Notes under the pieces: model-generated | What the model saw: the letters and a program-made list of their open reading frames with translations, nothing else | What the model was told of the DNA's origin: nothing | Database searches by the model: none | Assembly: GCA_041739995.1 (NCBI GenBank) | Contig: JBGSMV010000047.1 | Coordinates: 96,001 to 160,000 of the forward strand | DNA from: Bdellovibrionota bacterium | Lineage (GTDB): Bacteria > Bdellovibrionota_C > UBA2361 > JBGSMV01 | DNA length: 64,000 bases | Direction of reading: 5' to 3' | Shown: in pieces, positions 19,916 to 29,703 of the stretch | Layout of the letters: each line of letters starts with the position of its first letter | Position numbering within the stretch: the first letter of the stretch is position 1 | Translations under genes and position numbers: made by a program

Positions 19916-21217
19916 TCAGGAGACCGATCCAAGTGCTTGATCTAAATCCCGGATGACGTCATCGGGATTCTCAATGCCCACAGAAAGTCGAATCCCCCCC
20001 GGCTCCATTCCCGCCTTAATCTGCTCCTCGGCCGAATAGGCTACATGTGTAGTGGAACCCGGGTGCTCAATCAGTGTGCGAAGATGTCCTAAGCTAACCG
20101 CCAATGTCACCGTGTATGAGTTCTGCGCCACAAAGTCCATCATCTTGGCGCCTTGAACTTTTGAGTCGTCTGGGGTCTTTCCTTTAAGAGAAAAGTAAAT
20201 CATGAATCCCGGTGCAAAGTTTCCTTCGTAATCCTTCAACATTCGCTGAGCAAGATCGTACTGAGGAAAGGAGGGCAGTCCAGGATACCGAACCTGGCCT
20301 ATCTTCGGGTGCTCTTCTAGGAACTTGGCTACTTTCATAGCGTTCGCTTGCTGTCGTGGAATCCTCAAACCAAGAGTAGCAACACCATAGTTCAAAATAT
20401 GCCACGCGGTTTGAGGAGATAGGATGCCGCCAAAATCCTTGCGATTCATGAACAGAGGCCCATAAAATTCTTTGCGTGTAAGTACGGCGCCTCCCATGTG
20501 CGTACCAAATCCACTAATGCCTTTAGTAAGACTGTGCAGCACCACATCAACTCCGAATGAGATCGGCCGTTGGCACCACGGCGTAGCAAAAGTGTTATCA
20601 ATAACGGTGACTATGCGCTCCGACTCTGAGCGCGTCGCGTTGAGCTCTCGAACCAGTTTAACAATGCGTTCAAGGTCAAGGAGTTCGAGGGTGGGGTTTG
20701 CGGGAGATTCAAGATACAGCACGCGCGTCTGGGGCGTAACCAGCGAGAGAAAGCTCGCCGGCTTTGAAAGGTTGCACATGTGGACCTTAAATCCGAACTT
20801 CGGAAACCAGTGCGTAAAGAGACTATAAGTGCACCCATATAGAGTGGAGTGGGCTATCACTTCTGAGCCACGCTCAAGTAAGAACGTGCTGGCAGCCTGA
20901 ACTGCCGCCATACCAGAGGCGAAGGTCATTCCAAACTCCGCTTGTTCAGCCACTGCAAGCGCATGCTCCAACATGAGATTATTTGGCTCTCCCATGCGGT
21001 CATAGACATACATAGGATCGGCTCTGCCATCGGAGAGTTTTCCTAAAGCTCCAAAGGCAAGCGCCCCTCGCTCTGAGGAATCGAGGCGGAAGGTGCTGGA
21101 AGACGTAATGGGAGGAATGACATGATGAGAATAGTCCCAGGCCTCGCTCACTGACTTTCCATACAAAAGCTGAGTGGGAATGCTGTACTGAGATTCATCA
21201 AGTTTTTTCAAAGGCAT
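19916..21217 (-). CDS. PLP-dependent trans-sulfuration enzyme (methionine/cystathionine gamma-lyase or synthase family)
   Basis: FASGMAA, LYGCT, ESPANP, IDNTFATP, HSLTKG, AVSLG, IRLSVGIE. Confidence 0.9.
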   Translation of the reverse strand: MPLKKLDESQYSIPTQLLYGKSVSEAWDYSHHVIPPITSSSTFRLDSSERGALAFGALGKLSDGRADPMYVYDRMGEPNNLMLEHALAVAEQAEFGMTFASGMAAVQAASTFLLERGSEVIAHSTLYGCTYSLFTHWFPKFGFKVHMCNLSKPASFLSLVTPQTRVLYLESPANPTLELLDLERIVKLVRELNATRSESERIVTVIDNTFATPWCQRPISFGVDVVLHSLTKGISGFGTHMGGAVLTRKEFYGPLFMNRKDFGGILSPQTAWHILNYGVATLGLRIPRQQANAMKVAKFLEEHPKIGQVRYPGLPSFPQYDLAQRMLKDYEGNFAPGFMIYFSLKGKTPDDSKVQGAKMMDFVAQNSYTVTLAVSLGHLRTLIEHPGSTTHVAYSAEEQIKAGMEPGGIRLSVGIENPDDVIRDLDQALGSVS

Positions 21218-21255
21218 GATTCACCTAAAGCTAATATGTGTTTAAATCTAGCGCC

Positions 21256-21385
21256 CTCTGAAAAGCTCCTGTTTCTATCTTCGTGCGCTTTGTGGTCTTC
21301 GTGGTTTATTCAAATTTAGGCCATTTTCTACAGCCTATTTGCACCACCAAGAACACAAAGACCACTAGGATTTAGTTCTTCAGAG
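21256..21385. repeat. Imperfect inverted repeat
   Basis: ctttgtggtcttcgtggt (21288-21305) pairs 16/18 with accaccaagaacacaaag (21343-21360); outer ctctgaa/ttcagag. Confidence 0.6.
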
Positions 21386-21552
21386 ATTCCCTGACGCTCT
21401 TAAGCAGCTGAAAACATGGCTGCGAACAAGTCCAGAACTCTTAGTCTATTCTGCGCCATTGAGCGTCGTGGTCACTGTAGCATAGATTCTGCGAGGGCTG
21501 CAGCGACTTTAACGAGTCTTGTAACCTATGATCGCTGGGTGAGAAGGATCTT

Positions 21553-21972
21553 TTAGGGAGTAGTCGGTGGTTGGCTTACGGGACGTCTTCCTACAAAAAA
21601 GGCGCTCGCGAGCAGCAGCAACCCAAAGCCAACACCAAGTAACGGCTGAGCCCAGCGGGCGCGCCAAGAATCAACAAGCGCCCTAGTTGGCGAACGTGGA
21701 TCAAAGAGCAGTCGAATGCTGCTCCCATACTCAATGGTGAGCGGAAAGTTATAGGACTGCAGTTCAAGTTGATGGGTTGTTCCCTCGCGATCGGTGAACG
21801 ACACCACTGGATACGCGTGCACTGCTTTCCCAGGCCAGGGTTTGCGGGATTGAAGAGAGGTGACTTTTGCCTCTACGTACTCTCCGCCAGAAACCATTCT
21901 CACCACATGAATCAAGGAGTAGGAGCCAATCAACAGTGGCACACAGGCGCACACCAGCAGGAGGATACCCAA
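21553..21972 (-). CDS. DUF3592-like membrane protein
   Basis: TM helix, beta region (YPVVSFTDREG...G..IRLLFDPRSP), second TM helix. Confidence 0.7.
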   Translation of the reverse strand: MGILLLVCACVPLLIGSYSLIHVVRMVSGGEYVEAKVTSLQSRKPWPGKAVHAYPVVSFTDREGTTHQLELQSYNFPLTIEYGSSIRLLFDPRSPTRALVDSWRARWAQPLLGVGFGLLLLASAFFVGRRPVSQPPTTP

Positions 21973-22071
21973 ACTATCGAATCGCTTAAACGTATTGCCT
22001 CCCCATTGTAGTCGCGCAGTTTTGGTCGCGCCGTAGTGGTCGTCTCACAATGATATAAGCCCGCACCCGAT

Positions 22072-22113
22072 CTAGGCAACTTCGTCGTCGGTGCCTGCGT
22101 CACAGACTCCTAG
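22072..22113 (-). mobile_element. Short family C element
   Basis: Reverse complement reads ctaggagtctgtgacgcaggcaccgacgacgaagttgcctag; CTAG at both ends. Confidence 0.65.
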
Positions 22114-22273
22114 GGGTCCCGAGCCCCGCGAAGTCTATCTGGTGAATGAGCAAGATCCTAGTCGGTTCTATTTCTCTGTTGATGATATCGTGGGAAACTG
22201 TCTGCCGTCTCAGAGGTCTTTATACGGTCGCCCCACCCTTGCGGAGGCGCGCGCTACATACCCGAAGCACCAC

Positions 22274-23851
22274 ATGACGTCTGTACTTCAAAATATTGAG
22301 CGCGATTTAGAACTGCGTGGCGTGCTATACCCGCTGTCATTTCGCTCTCCTGAGCATAGGCACCTTGCGGTACAGCGAGCCTCTGCGCGCACGCTCTCAA
22401 AGGAAGTTTTGCAGGCTCTCAGAGACCAGAATCCACTCATCACAGCTCTTAATGATGCAGATTCTCATCCACTTGCATTCGTGGTTACCGGTCAGCAGCT
22501 TGGATATTTGGGCGGTCCGCTTCTGACCCTCTACAAAGCACTGTCTGCCATATCAACAAGTCGAGTCTTTGAAGCTGAGACTGGAGTAAAAGTTATTCCG
22601 TTATTTTGGCTTCAGTCAGAAGATCATGACTATGAAGAAATTCGAACCGCCTCTTTCCTTTCTCAAGACAACCAGATTGAAACTCTCTCTCTTCCGCCAA
22701 GTCCCACAGGTCTAGGGGGATCGGTCGGGGCTATTCAAATAGATGACACTTCTGCAACCCAAGCTGCCGCATTTCTAAAGGCCAAATTCGGCGATTCTGC
22801 TTCTGAAAAAAGTATCGACGCGATTATTCAAGCCTATAGCGCAGGTAACTCTCTAAGCACTTCACTTGCGGAACTACTTCGACATTTTCTTGGTGGCGAA
22901 GGCCTGCTAGTGCTCGATGCTCATGACCCGCGTATTAAACAATTTTCGGTAGAATTTCTTCTCAGATTTTTTAGAGACTCCGAAGAAATTGAGCATGCTC
23001 TCTTGAAGCGCGCTCAACTTCTTGAATCACACCAGCTCCCGGTGAAAGTCCCTGTGCGAGTTGGGTATCCACTGCCGTTTGTTGAGTTTGGTGGCAAAAG
23101 GGAGCGAATACGAAAGATAAACGAGTCAACTTTTCAAAGTTCACAAGGGGAGATTTCTGCTGACCAACTCTATGCTGCGCTGAGACATTCTCCGATGCGC
23201 CTCACCACCTCTGCTCTCGCACGACCGCTTTTTCAAGACTTCCTGCTCCCCACTGCTGCCTACATAGGAGGAGCGGCAGAAGTGGCCTACTGGGCCCAGC
23301 TCTCCGGAGTTTACGAACTCTTAGGGGTTGACATGCCGCTGGTGATACCGCGAGCTCAGTTCGCTTTGTGCACTGAGAGACAGCAGACCATGATGAAAGA
23401 ACTAAAACTTTCCATCTCTGATCTCGCACGCAGCGACGAAGATCTGGTCCTCTCGCGGGCAACTTCCTCTGAGCACCCAGACGCATTATTTAAGAGGACC
23501 GAAGATGCGATTGAAACCGAAATGGCTCGGCTTGCAAAAGACATTTCTGGAATTCAGGTACCCGCGGTGAGCGAAGGCATCGAACGCACTACTGGATCGA
23601 TGCTTTCAAATCTTTCGAAACTGAAAACACGCTATGCTCGCGCGATAACCGAAAGGGATTCGATATTTCTTGCCCGAGTAAATAAATTAAGGGCTTCGCT
23701 TCTTCCTGGCGGGCAAGATCAAGAACGGGTGATTTGTGCTACCCAGTTACTCGCTCAAGAAAATGACGGGCTTCTTAAGGAAATCATTTGTCAGCTCACC
23801 CCGTTTGAGCCGAGTGATATTCAACTACTTAGAATCTCCAAAGTGGCGTAA
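22274..23851 (+). CDS. bshC: Bacillithiol biosynthesis cysteine-adding enzyme
   Basis: VVTGQQLGYLGGPLLTLYKA, FWLQSEDHDYEEI, RPLFQDFLLPTAAYIGGAAEVAYWAQL, QERV; ORF-track start at 22091 lies inside a repeat so ATG 22274 is preferred. Confidence 0.92.
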   Translation: MTSVLQNIERDLELRGVLYPLSFRSPEHRHLAVQRASARTLSKEVLQALRDQNPLITALNDADSHPLAFVVTGQQLGYLGGPLLTLYKALSAISTSRVFEAETGVKVIPLFWLQSEDHDYEEIRTASFLSQDNQIETLSLPPSPTGLGGSVGAIQIDDTSATQAAAFLKAKFGDSASEKSIDAIIQAYSAGNSLSTSLAELLRHFLGGEGLLVLDAHDPRIKQFSVEFLLRFFRDSEEIEHALLKRAQLLESHQLPVKVPVRVGYPLPFVEFGGKRERIRKINESTFQSSQGEISADQLYAALRHSPMRLTTSALARPLFQDFLLPTAAYIGGAAEVAYWAQLSGVYELLGVDMPLVIPRAQFALCTERQQTMMKELKLSISDLARSDEDLVLSRATSSEHPDALFKRTEDAIETEMARLAKDISGIQVPAVSEGIERTTGSMLSNLSKLKTRYARAITERDSIFLARVNKLRASLLPGGQDQERVICATQLLAQENDGLLKEIICQLTPFEPSDIQLLRISKVA

Positions 23852-23897
23852 GTGGTATGCTCGGGGCGGAAGATTCAAGCGCTTGCTGTGTCGGGAA

Positions 23898-24143
23898 TCA
23901 GGCGTAAGCCGCTAGGCGAAAGTTTGTTATTAATCGGATTCGGGCCGGAATTAAGAGCCCTGCCAGCTCGTCCTCACTAATGTCGGGGGCATCTTGCGGT
24001 AGGTGTCTAGTTCCTGAGTCTATCTGCTTCGCTACGGGAGGAGGGACGAGCGCGCTAAGCGCGTCGGCTGTAGACGAGGCCTCGGACGTCGACGCAGCCA
24101 CCACCCCGACTGCTATAAGTCCCTTAAGTGATTGCTGAAGCAT
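23898..24143 (-). CDS. Small exported or precursor-like peptide, paralog 1 (81 aa)
   Basis: 49/81 identical without gaps to 24226-24471; shared upstream sequence including AAGG. Confidence 0.75.
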   Translation of the reverse strand: MLQQSLKGLIAVGVVAASTSEASSTADALSALVPPPVAKQIDSGTRHLPQDAPDISEDELAGLLIPARIRLITNFRLAAYA

Positions 24144-24225
24144 GCGGGGACCTTATCGCAAAATGGAACCCAAAAGAAGAAAGGTTTTCGGGTCAACAGA
24201 TTTCGGAGCTAAAGCCTCTCCCGAA

Positions 24226-24471
24226 TCACGCGTAAGCAGTCTTGGGATAGCTTGTGGTCAGTAGCAAACGGTTCCAAATCAACTGTCCGGCCAAGGAATC
24301 GTCACTAATGCCCGGGGCCTCAGTCGGCGCAACCTCGATTCCCCCGTCGATCTGCTTTACAGCGGGGGGAGGCGTGAGCGCACTCAGCGCATCCTCTGGA
24401 AGCGAAGCCTTCGAAGTCGCCGCAGCAACTACGCCAACCGCCAGAAGTCCTTTGAACGATTGGTTAAGCAT
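24226..24471 (-). CDS. Small exported or precursor-like peptide, paralog 2 (81 aa)
   Basis: Paralog of 23898-24143 with the same length, start context and C-terminal AYA. Confidence 0.75.
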   Translation of the reverse strand: MLNQSFKGLLAVGVVAAATSKASLPEDALSALTPPPAVKQIDGGIEVAPTEAPGISDDSLAGQLIWNRLLLTTSYPKTAYA

Positions 24472-24575
24472 GTGGGGACCTTAACGCAAAATGGCAGCCT
24501 AAAGAAGACAAACTCGTGGACCAGCGAATATCCTCAAATTTTGAACTTTTTCGCTCCGCTGGCTAGGATTCCGCT

Positions 24576-25325
24576 ATGGCTGATGTACTGGCGTTCTCTC
24601 CTCACCCTGATGATGCTGAAATTGGCTGCGGGGCGACGCTCGCCAAACTTGTTGCTCAAGGGCACCAAGTAGCAATTATTGACCTTTCTAGAGGCGAGCT
24701 CGGCTCACTTGGTTCCCCAGAAATTCGAGAACAAGAATCCCACCAGGCAGCCGCGGCGCTTGGTATCTCAATACGCGAGAATCTAAACCTTCCTGATGGT
24801 CGAATTGATTCCCACGATCGCTCTCAGCAACAGAGAGTGGTCGCTGCTCTTAGAAAATACTGCCCCAAGGTAGTTTTTTTGCCTATGGATGACGGTCGGC
24901 ACCCCGATCATCGCGAGGCCTGTTTGCTTGTTCGTGACTCTCTCTTTCTTTCTGGCTTAAAGAATTTTTTATTGCCGGACGGCTCACCCCACTTTGACCG
25001 CCCCCAAGCCATTGAGTATCCGACTCGCAACGTACCCACTCCTAGTTTTGTGGTTGATGTAACAGCCCACTACAAGAAAAAACTTGCGGCGATTCAAGCC
25101 TACTCTTCCCAACTCAAGCCCAGCGGAGGAGCTCAAGCAAACGTTCTCATCAGCTCAGCGCTCACTCTCCCTGCCATTGAAAGTCGCGATACCTTGTGGG
25201 GGGCTATGGTCGGTGTTTCGAAAGCCGAAGGATTTGTAGTTCACTCGCCCTTAAAACTTGAAGATCCGGTGGCTTATTTCCAAAGTTCACCTCTTTCTGG
25301 TGCCCTACTTTTTCCGGAGCTCTGA
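24576..25325 (+). CDS. bshB1: Bacillithiol biosynthesis deacetylase
   Basis: PHPDDAEIGCG, RGELGS, RHPDH (PIG-L family); adjacent to bshA. Confidence 0.92.
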   Translation: MADVLAFSPHPDDAEIGCGATLAKLVAQGHQVAIIDLSRGELGSLGSPEIREQESHQAAAALGISIRENLNLPDGRIDSHDRSQQQRVVAALRKYCPKVVFLPMDDGRHPDHREACLLVRDSLFLSGLKNFLLPDGSPHFDRPQAIEYPTRNVPTPSFVVDVTAHYKKKLAAIQAYSSQLKPSGGAQANVLISSALTLPAIESRDTLWGAMVGVSKAEGFVVHSPLKLEDPVAYFQSSPLSGALLFPEL

Positions 25326-26480
25326 ATGAATAGGCCTCTCAATATCGGCATTACTTGCTACCCTACCTATGGCGGTAGCGGCGTAATTGCAACGGAACTT
25401 GGCATGGCAATGGCGAAGCGTGGTCATCGCGTCCACTTTATTGCCTACGATATTCCCCGTCGACTCGATCGCTACTTAGAGAACGTGTTCTTTCACGAAG
25501 TGGAGGTACGAGATAATCCGGTATTTTTGCACCCTCCGTATCTCATCCCGCTTACCTCCACGATGGTCGATGTCGCATCACAGGAGAAGCTGGACCTGTT
25601 CCATGTTCACTACGCAGTGCCACACGCGACCAGCGCCTTTCTCGCAAAACAGATTCTGGGCGAAAGAGCTCCAAAAATCCTTACCACCCTGCACGGCACC
25701 GACATCACCTTGGTGGGACACGATCGCTCGTATCTTCCTGTCGCGCGCTTTTCTATTCTGGCAAGCGACAGCGTTACGGTCCCTTCTGCGTTTCTACGCG
25801 AGGCTACCTATGAAAAGCTTTCGATTCCTACCGATTTCCCCATTAGCGTTCTTCCAAACTTCGTAGACACTGAAGTTTTTCGACCTCATTGCCCGGAAGA
25901 CCCCACGCGCGTTCGCCCTCCGCTCCCGCACTGCGCCGCCAACGAAAAGGTTCTCATTCACGTATCGAATTTTCGGCCGGTGAAGCAAGTAGACCAGGTG
26001 GTTAAAGTATTTCATCTCGTACGGCAAAAAATCCCTTCTCATTTAATTCTGGTCGGTGATGGCCCAGAGCGCTCGCACGTCGAACAGCTCGTTCGCGAAC
26101 TGGGGCTAAAGGACAAGATTTGTTTCCTTGGAAAGCAGGATTCCGTTGCCGAGATTCTTCAGCGTGCGCACTTGTTTCTTCTGCCGAGTCGCAACGAAAG
26201 CTTTGGGCTTGCCGCACTTGAAGCACTTAGTTGCGGCGTTCCAGTGGTAGCCTCACGCGTCGAAGGCCTTCCTGAAGTGATCAGAGACGGCAAAGATGGC
26301 TATCTGTGTGACCCAAATAGTACTGAGCAAATGGCTGAACGTTGCGTACAGCTGCTTTCGTCGGACAGTCTCTACCGGGAGATCTCATTAAGCGCTCGTG
26401 CACGCGCAGTTGAATCCTTCGGAAAGGATGCAATCGCGGCTCGTTTCGAGGCGCACTACTCGTCGATGATTACTAAGTAA
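25326..26480 (+). CDS. bshA: N-acetyl-alpha-D-glucosaminyl L-malate synthase
   Basis: [54 protein letters not shown]. Confidence 0.97.
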   Translation: MNRPLNIGITCYPTYGGSGVIATELGMAMAKRGHRVHFIAYDIPRRLDRYLENVFFHEVEVRDNPVFLHPPYLIPLTSTMVDVASQEKLDLFHVHYAVPHATSAFLAKQILGERAPKILTTLHGTDITLVGHDRSYLPVARFSILASDSVTVPSAFLREATYEKLSIPTDFPISVLPNFVDTEVFRPHCPEDPTRVRPPLPHCAANEKVLIHVSNFRPVKQVDQVVKVFHLVRQKIPSHLILVGDGPERSHVEQLVRELGLKDKICFLGKQDSVAEILQRAHLFLLPSRNESFGLAALEALSCGVPVVASRVEGLPEVIRDGKDGYLCDPNSTEQMAERCVQLLSSDSLYREISLSARARAVESFGKDAIAARFEAHYSSMITK

Positions 26481-26572
26481 GGGTGACCTCAGAAGAGAAA
26501 TGCACGCATCACTCGAAAAATTACGTCGTTGATTGTGAAAAAGTCGATTATTGGAATTTTTCTCCTGAATCC

Positions 26573-26773
26573 GTTCACCGTCAAAACGCCGTGAGACGAG
26601 GCACGGAGATTAGGGATTGGTGAGACGTTACTATTGGTAAGTCGAGCCAATCACTTGTTTCCGCAACGAAGCCCGCCGAGGCTCCTGCCGGAGCTTTGGC
26701 GGCGTCGTTACATCGGAGGGTCCCGCCATAGCGATGCAAAGGCGGATATCAGGGCGTTTTCACGGTGAACTAG
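26573..26773. mobile_element. MITE-like element with 18-bp terminal inverted repeats (family D)
   Basis: gttcaccgtcaaaacgcc (26573-26590) pairs 17/18 with ggcgttttcacggtgaac (26753-26770); right end runs into CTAG; single copy in window. Confidence 0.55.
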
Positions 26774-27171
26774 GTCTGAAGAATTAGCTTCATCTGCGTC
26801 AGATGCCTCACTAACTCGTCGCGCTCAAGCGGCTTAATCAAATAGCCTTGGCACCCGCTCTTGAATGCCTCTCCCACTACCGGTGCGTCTGCCACTGCGG
26901 TCATCATCAGCACTCGCGCCCGCTCTGTAGTGGTCAGATTCTGTTCGTCTTCAAATTTACGAATTTCCTTAAGCACCGTAATGCCGTCCATGCCCGGCAT
27001 CATAATGTCGAGGCACACCACATCGTAGAACACCCCGGTCTTAACGGCATCCTTGTAAAGCTCTAGCCCCTTCAGCCCATCCTCTGCGAGGTCACAGTGT
27101 CCAAATGGCTTCAGGTACATATTAGTGAGCTTTCGAGTTACCTCGTCATCTTCAACGACTAGAGCCCTCAT
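26770..27171 (-). CDS. Single-domain response regulator (CheY-like)
   Basis: VVEDD, CLDIMMPGMDG, MMTA, YLIKP. Confidence 0.93.
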   Translation of the reverse strand: MRALVVEDDEVTRKLTNMYLKPFGHCDLAEDGLKGLELYKDAVKTGVFYDVVCLDIMMPGMDGITVLKEIRKFEDEQNLTTTERARVLMMTAVADAPVVGEAFKSGCQGYLIKPLERDELVRHLTQMKLILQT

Positions 27172-27228
27172 TGTTTACTCCGAATCCAATGACACTTAAT
27201 TCAAAAACTGGCGAGTGGTCGGCATCTG

Positions 27229-28023
27229 TCAGCTCCCCGTAGAAGCATACTTCGACACTCCCAGACGCCAAAAGCCAGCCGCAGCGACTACGCTTACCAA
27301 AGCGACCATGGGAGTCCAATATCCTAATACTTCTCGGCTGTTCGCCTCAAAAAAATGAGTGGCCGGATAGAACGAAACAAATGCGAAAGGGATAATCCAG
27401 CTAAGGATAATCTGCAGCGTCTTATTGAATATCGGAAGCGGATATCGGCTAAAACTAAGCAAATTGCTTAGAGGAGGGACCAGCCCGAGCCGGTCTTCAA
27501 AATGAAAGGAGGCCGAGGCAACTATACTAAAGATAGACACAAGGATGATTGCCCCGCAAAGCGCACTCACCACCAGCCACCCTAGATCAAGAATCGAAAA
27601 AGAGAGCCCCATCTCCCCAGAAGTATATACAAGCAAGGCAACGCCTAGGCTCAAGCTCCCCAGACTTTCTAGATTAAAAGACTCGAACAACACTTGAAAC
27701 AGAGAATTAAGTGGTCGAAGTAGTACTCGATCAAACTGTCCTTCAATAATGTAGCGTTCACCGAAGCGGTATAAATTTACCGACACAAATCCAAACATTG
27801 CGGTGGCAAGAAGTGAGTAGCCGTATATAAAAAGTACCTGCTCCCGCCCCCATCCCTGTAAATCAGGAACCGCCTTTCCATCGACCAAGAGAAAAATAAA
27901 GGCGACTCCGCTCACCGCGGAAAGCAGGCTCGCAAAAATCCCGCCAAAGAAGTCCCACTTATAGCTCATGCGAGCTTTGAGGAACTGAACGAAGTAGAGG
28001 AAATAGATATGGAGCGAGTGCAT
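27229..28023 (-). CDS. ABC-2 family (DUF990-type) transporter permease
   Basis: GQFDRVLLRPLN, SRYPLPIF, IPFAFVSFYP, YASTGS. Confidence 0.9.
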   Translation of the reverse strand: MHSLHIYFLYFVQFLKARMSYKWDFFGGIFASLLSAVSGVAFIFLLVDGKAVPDLQGWGREQVLFIYGYSLLATAMFGFVSVNLYRFGERYIIEGQFDRVLLRPLNSLFQVLFESFNLESLGSLSLGVALLVYTSGEMGLSFSILDLGWLVVSALCGAIILVSIFSIVASASFHFEDRLGLVPPLSNLLSFSRYPLPIFNKTLQIILSWIIPFAFVSFYPATHFFEANSREVLGYWTPMVALVSVVAAAGFWRLGVSKYASTGS

Positions 28024-28029
28024 CGGGTA

Positions 28030-28761
28030 TTATACGAACATAGACGCGCCAAGCTTATCTGAAAGTATGCCGCGATAGGAAACTAGCAATGCTCGCTGAG
28101 CTGGTGGGGTTTGCTTCGCGGTGCGCGCATCATCCAAGGCAACTAAGCAGTCCTGCATTGGGGGCACCAAGGTGGTCTGAAGCGGGGGGGAGATCCGCCG
28201 ATAACGAGAATCAAAACGCTCTAAGTCTGTGCAGGCGCGAAGCGCTTCGCCTACTTCCAAAGCCCGCTGGGCGCGCACAAGCAGCCGTTGGGCAACAAAC
28301 AACTGTCTCTCGTCTCTAGAAGCCCTGCGCCTCTCCCGCTCCTTCTCCTCAGGTCCCTTCTCCTCAGGTCCAGAGTCTGGCACGCGCGGGGGGTGCGCTG
28401 GGTTAGAAGGTAAATTTCCGGTGTCGGCAAAAAGTTCGGCGTGTCGAGAGAGTCCGGCAAGCACAAGAGAGGGATGCAAAGAGCACAGCGGGCTGCCACC
28501 CGGGATAGAAGGGCTCTGAGGTAAAAAGGAGGAAAAAGCCAGTAGAACAGCGATGGGACTTAGTACCCTGGCTGCGTCACTCACCCCGTCTAGAGCCTCA
28601 GCAAATCGGCTTGGCAATCTTGTACCGCTCCAGGGCTGGTCTAACCGAGATTCAGGCTCCCGAGATCCAGGATGAAGGTGCACCCCGTCCAAAGCAATGC
28701 TACGAAGCTGGTCGTGGAACGTTCTCATCGGCCTCCTCTTTGAGACAGTTCGATAGCCCAA
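28030..28761 (-). CDS. Hypothetical protein
   Basis: 243-aa ORF filling the gap; hydrophobic segment, GPEEK x2, helical C-terminus; start uncertain. Confidence 0.45.
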   Translation of the reverse strand: MGYRTVSKRRPMRTFHDQLRSIALDGVHLHPGSREPESRLDQPWSGTRLPSRFAEALDGVSDAARVLSPIAVLLAFSSFLPQSPSIPGGSPLCSLHPSLVLAGLSRHAELFADTGNLPSNPAHPPRVPDSGPEEKGPEEKERERRRASRDERQLFVAQRLLVRAQRALEVGEALRACTDLERFDSRYRRISPPLQTTLVPPMQDCLVALDDARTAKQTPPAQRALLVSYRGILSDKLGASMFV

Positions 28762-28788
28762 ACGCCAGTATAAAACCAGGCCTAAGGT

Positions 28789-29703
28789 ATGTTCAGTTAC
28801 TTACGCTACTTGGCCCTCTCGCTGTTCTACCCAGCGCGACGCGATTTCCTTAAGGCCGGCCTTGGAATTGCCTCCCGCCACAAGCGCTGCGCCCGCTACT
28901 GGAAGCCTCATCTAGAACTTTCGAAGCAATTCATAAGCTCGGCCCTACAGAACGCTCGGCCTGCGACGGTCGTAATTCTTGGCGCCGGGAGACTGCTGGA
29001 TGTTCCTATCTCCGATCTGTCTGAAAAGACTAAACAAGTAGTCTTAGTGGATTGGGACCCTGGGGTAACGTTGGCTTGGGAAAACGCTCGGCGAACTTTA
29101 GAGGCACGCGGGGTTACAGTAGCTACCCAGCAATCCGATGTAACTGGCCGTCTCACTCAGTGGACAAAGGCACTGGACTCATTGCCAGTCACCTCCAGCG
29201 CATCTGACGCGAGGGAGCTTCTGGTTTCGCTTGTCGAACTCCCGGCACTTGAAACATTTCCAGAAGGCATTAGGGCTGACCTTCTAATCTCTCTTAATCT
29301 ACTTAGCCAACTTGGTCTTTACTGGGAGGATCGCGTGCGCTCTAGGCTCGGGACTTTGATGAGCGACGACGGGATCTTCTCTGACTCCTCACTTGAAAAG
29401 GCACTCCAAAGCACCATGAGATGCCTCGAAGAGGAACATCTTAGCCTGCTTAGTAACTCCGAGGCAGAAACGATCGTACTCTTGAGCGACGAATGGTTTC
29501 ACTACTACAGGCAACAGCAGTCCGAGTGGCGAACTGACGCAGCACTAAGAACTGTCTTCCCTCCAGCGTTGGCGAATTATTCTATAATCGAGCGTGATAG
29601 TTGGCTGTGGCACCTCGCGCCTCAATGGCTCGAGCAACTCGATTACGGAGAGATTCATACCGTACGAGCATTGCGATATCAGAAGCATAGCTCGTCAAGC
29701 TAG
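28789..29703 (+). CDS. Hypothetical Rossmann-fold (SAM methyltransferase-like) protein
   Basis: VVILGAGRLLDVP, VVLVDWD, DLLISLNLLSQL. Confidence 0.7.
   Translation: MFSYLRYLALSLFYPARRDFLKAGLGIASRHKRCARYWKPHLELSKQFISSALQNARPATVVILGAGRLLDVPISDLSEKTKQVVLVDWDPGVTLAWENARRTLEARGVTVATQQSDVTGRLTQWTKALDSLPVTSSASDARELLVSLVELPALETFPEGIRADLLISLNLLSQLGLYWEDRVRSRLGTLMSDDGIFSDSSLEKALQSTMRCLEEEHLSLLSNSEAETIVLLSDEWFHYYRQQQSEWRTDAALRTVFPPALANYSIIERDSWLWHLAPQWLEQLDYGEIHTVRALRYQKHSSSS

Noticed and set aside
21218..21552. SAM riboswitch upstream of the trans-sulfuration gene
   Set aside because: No SAM-I or SAM-II consensus elements recognised on the minus strand
22091..22273. 61-aa N-terminal extension of BshC
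   Set aside because: The GTG start is inside a family C element; ATG 22274 gives a normal-length BshC
23898..24471. Peptide C-termini as SsrA tags or cyanobactin AYD followers
   Set aside because: AYA matches neither YALAA nor AYD, and no tmRNA structure or cyanobactin protease is nearby
24144..24510. Sigma-54 promoters (GG-N10-GC ending TTTTGC) upstream of both peptide genes
   Set aside because: Spacing fits, but the -24 match is weak and the implied start site would be about 2 nt before the ATG, excluding the AAGG; conservation is explained by the duplication
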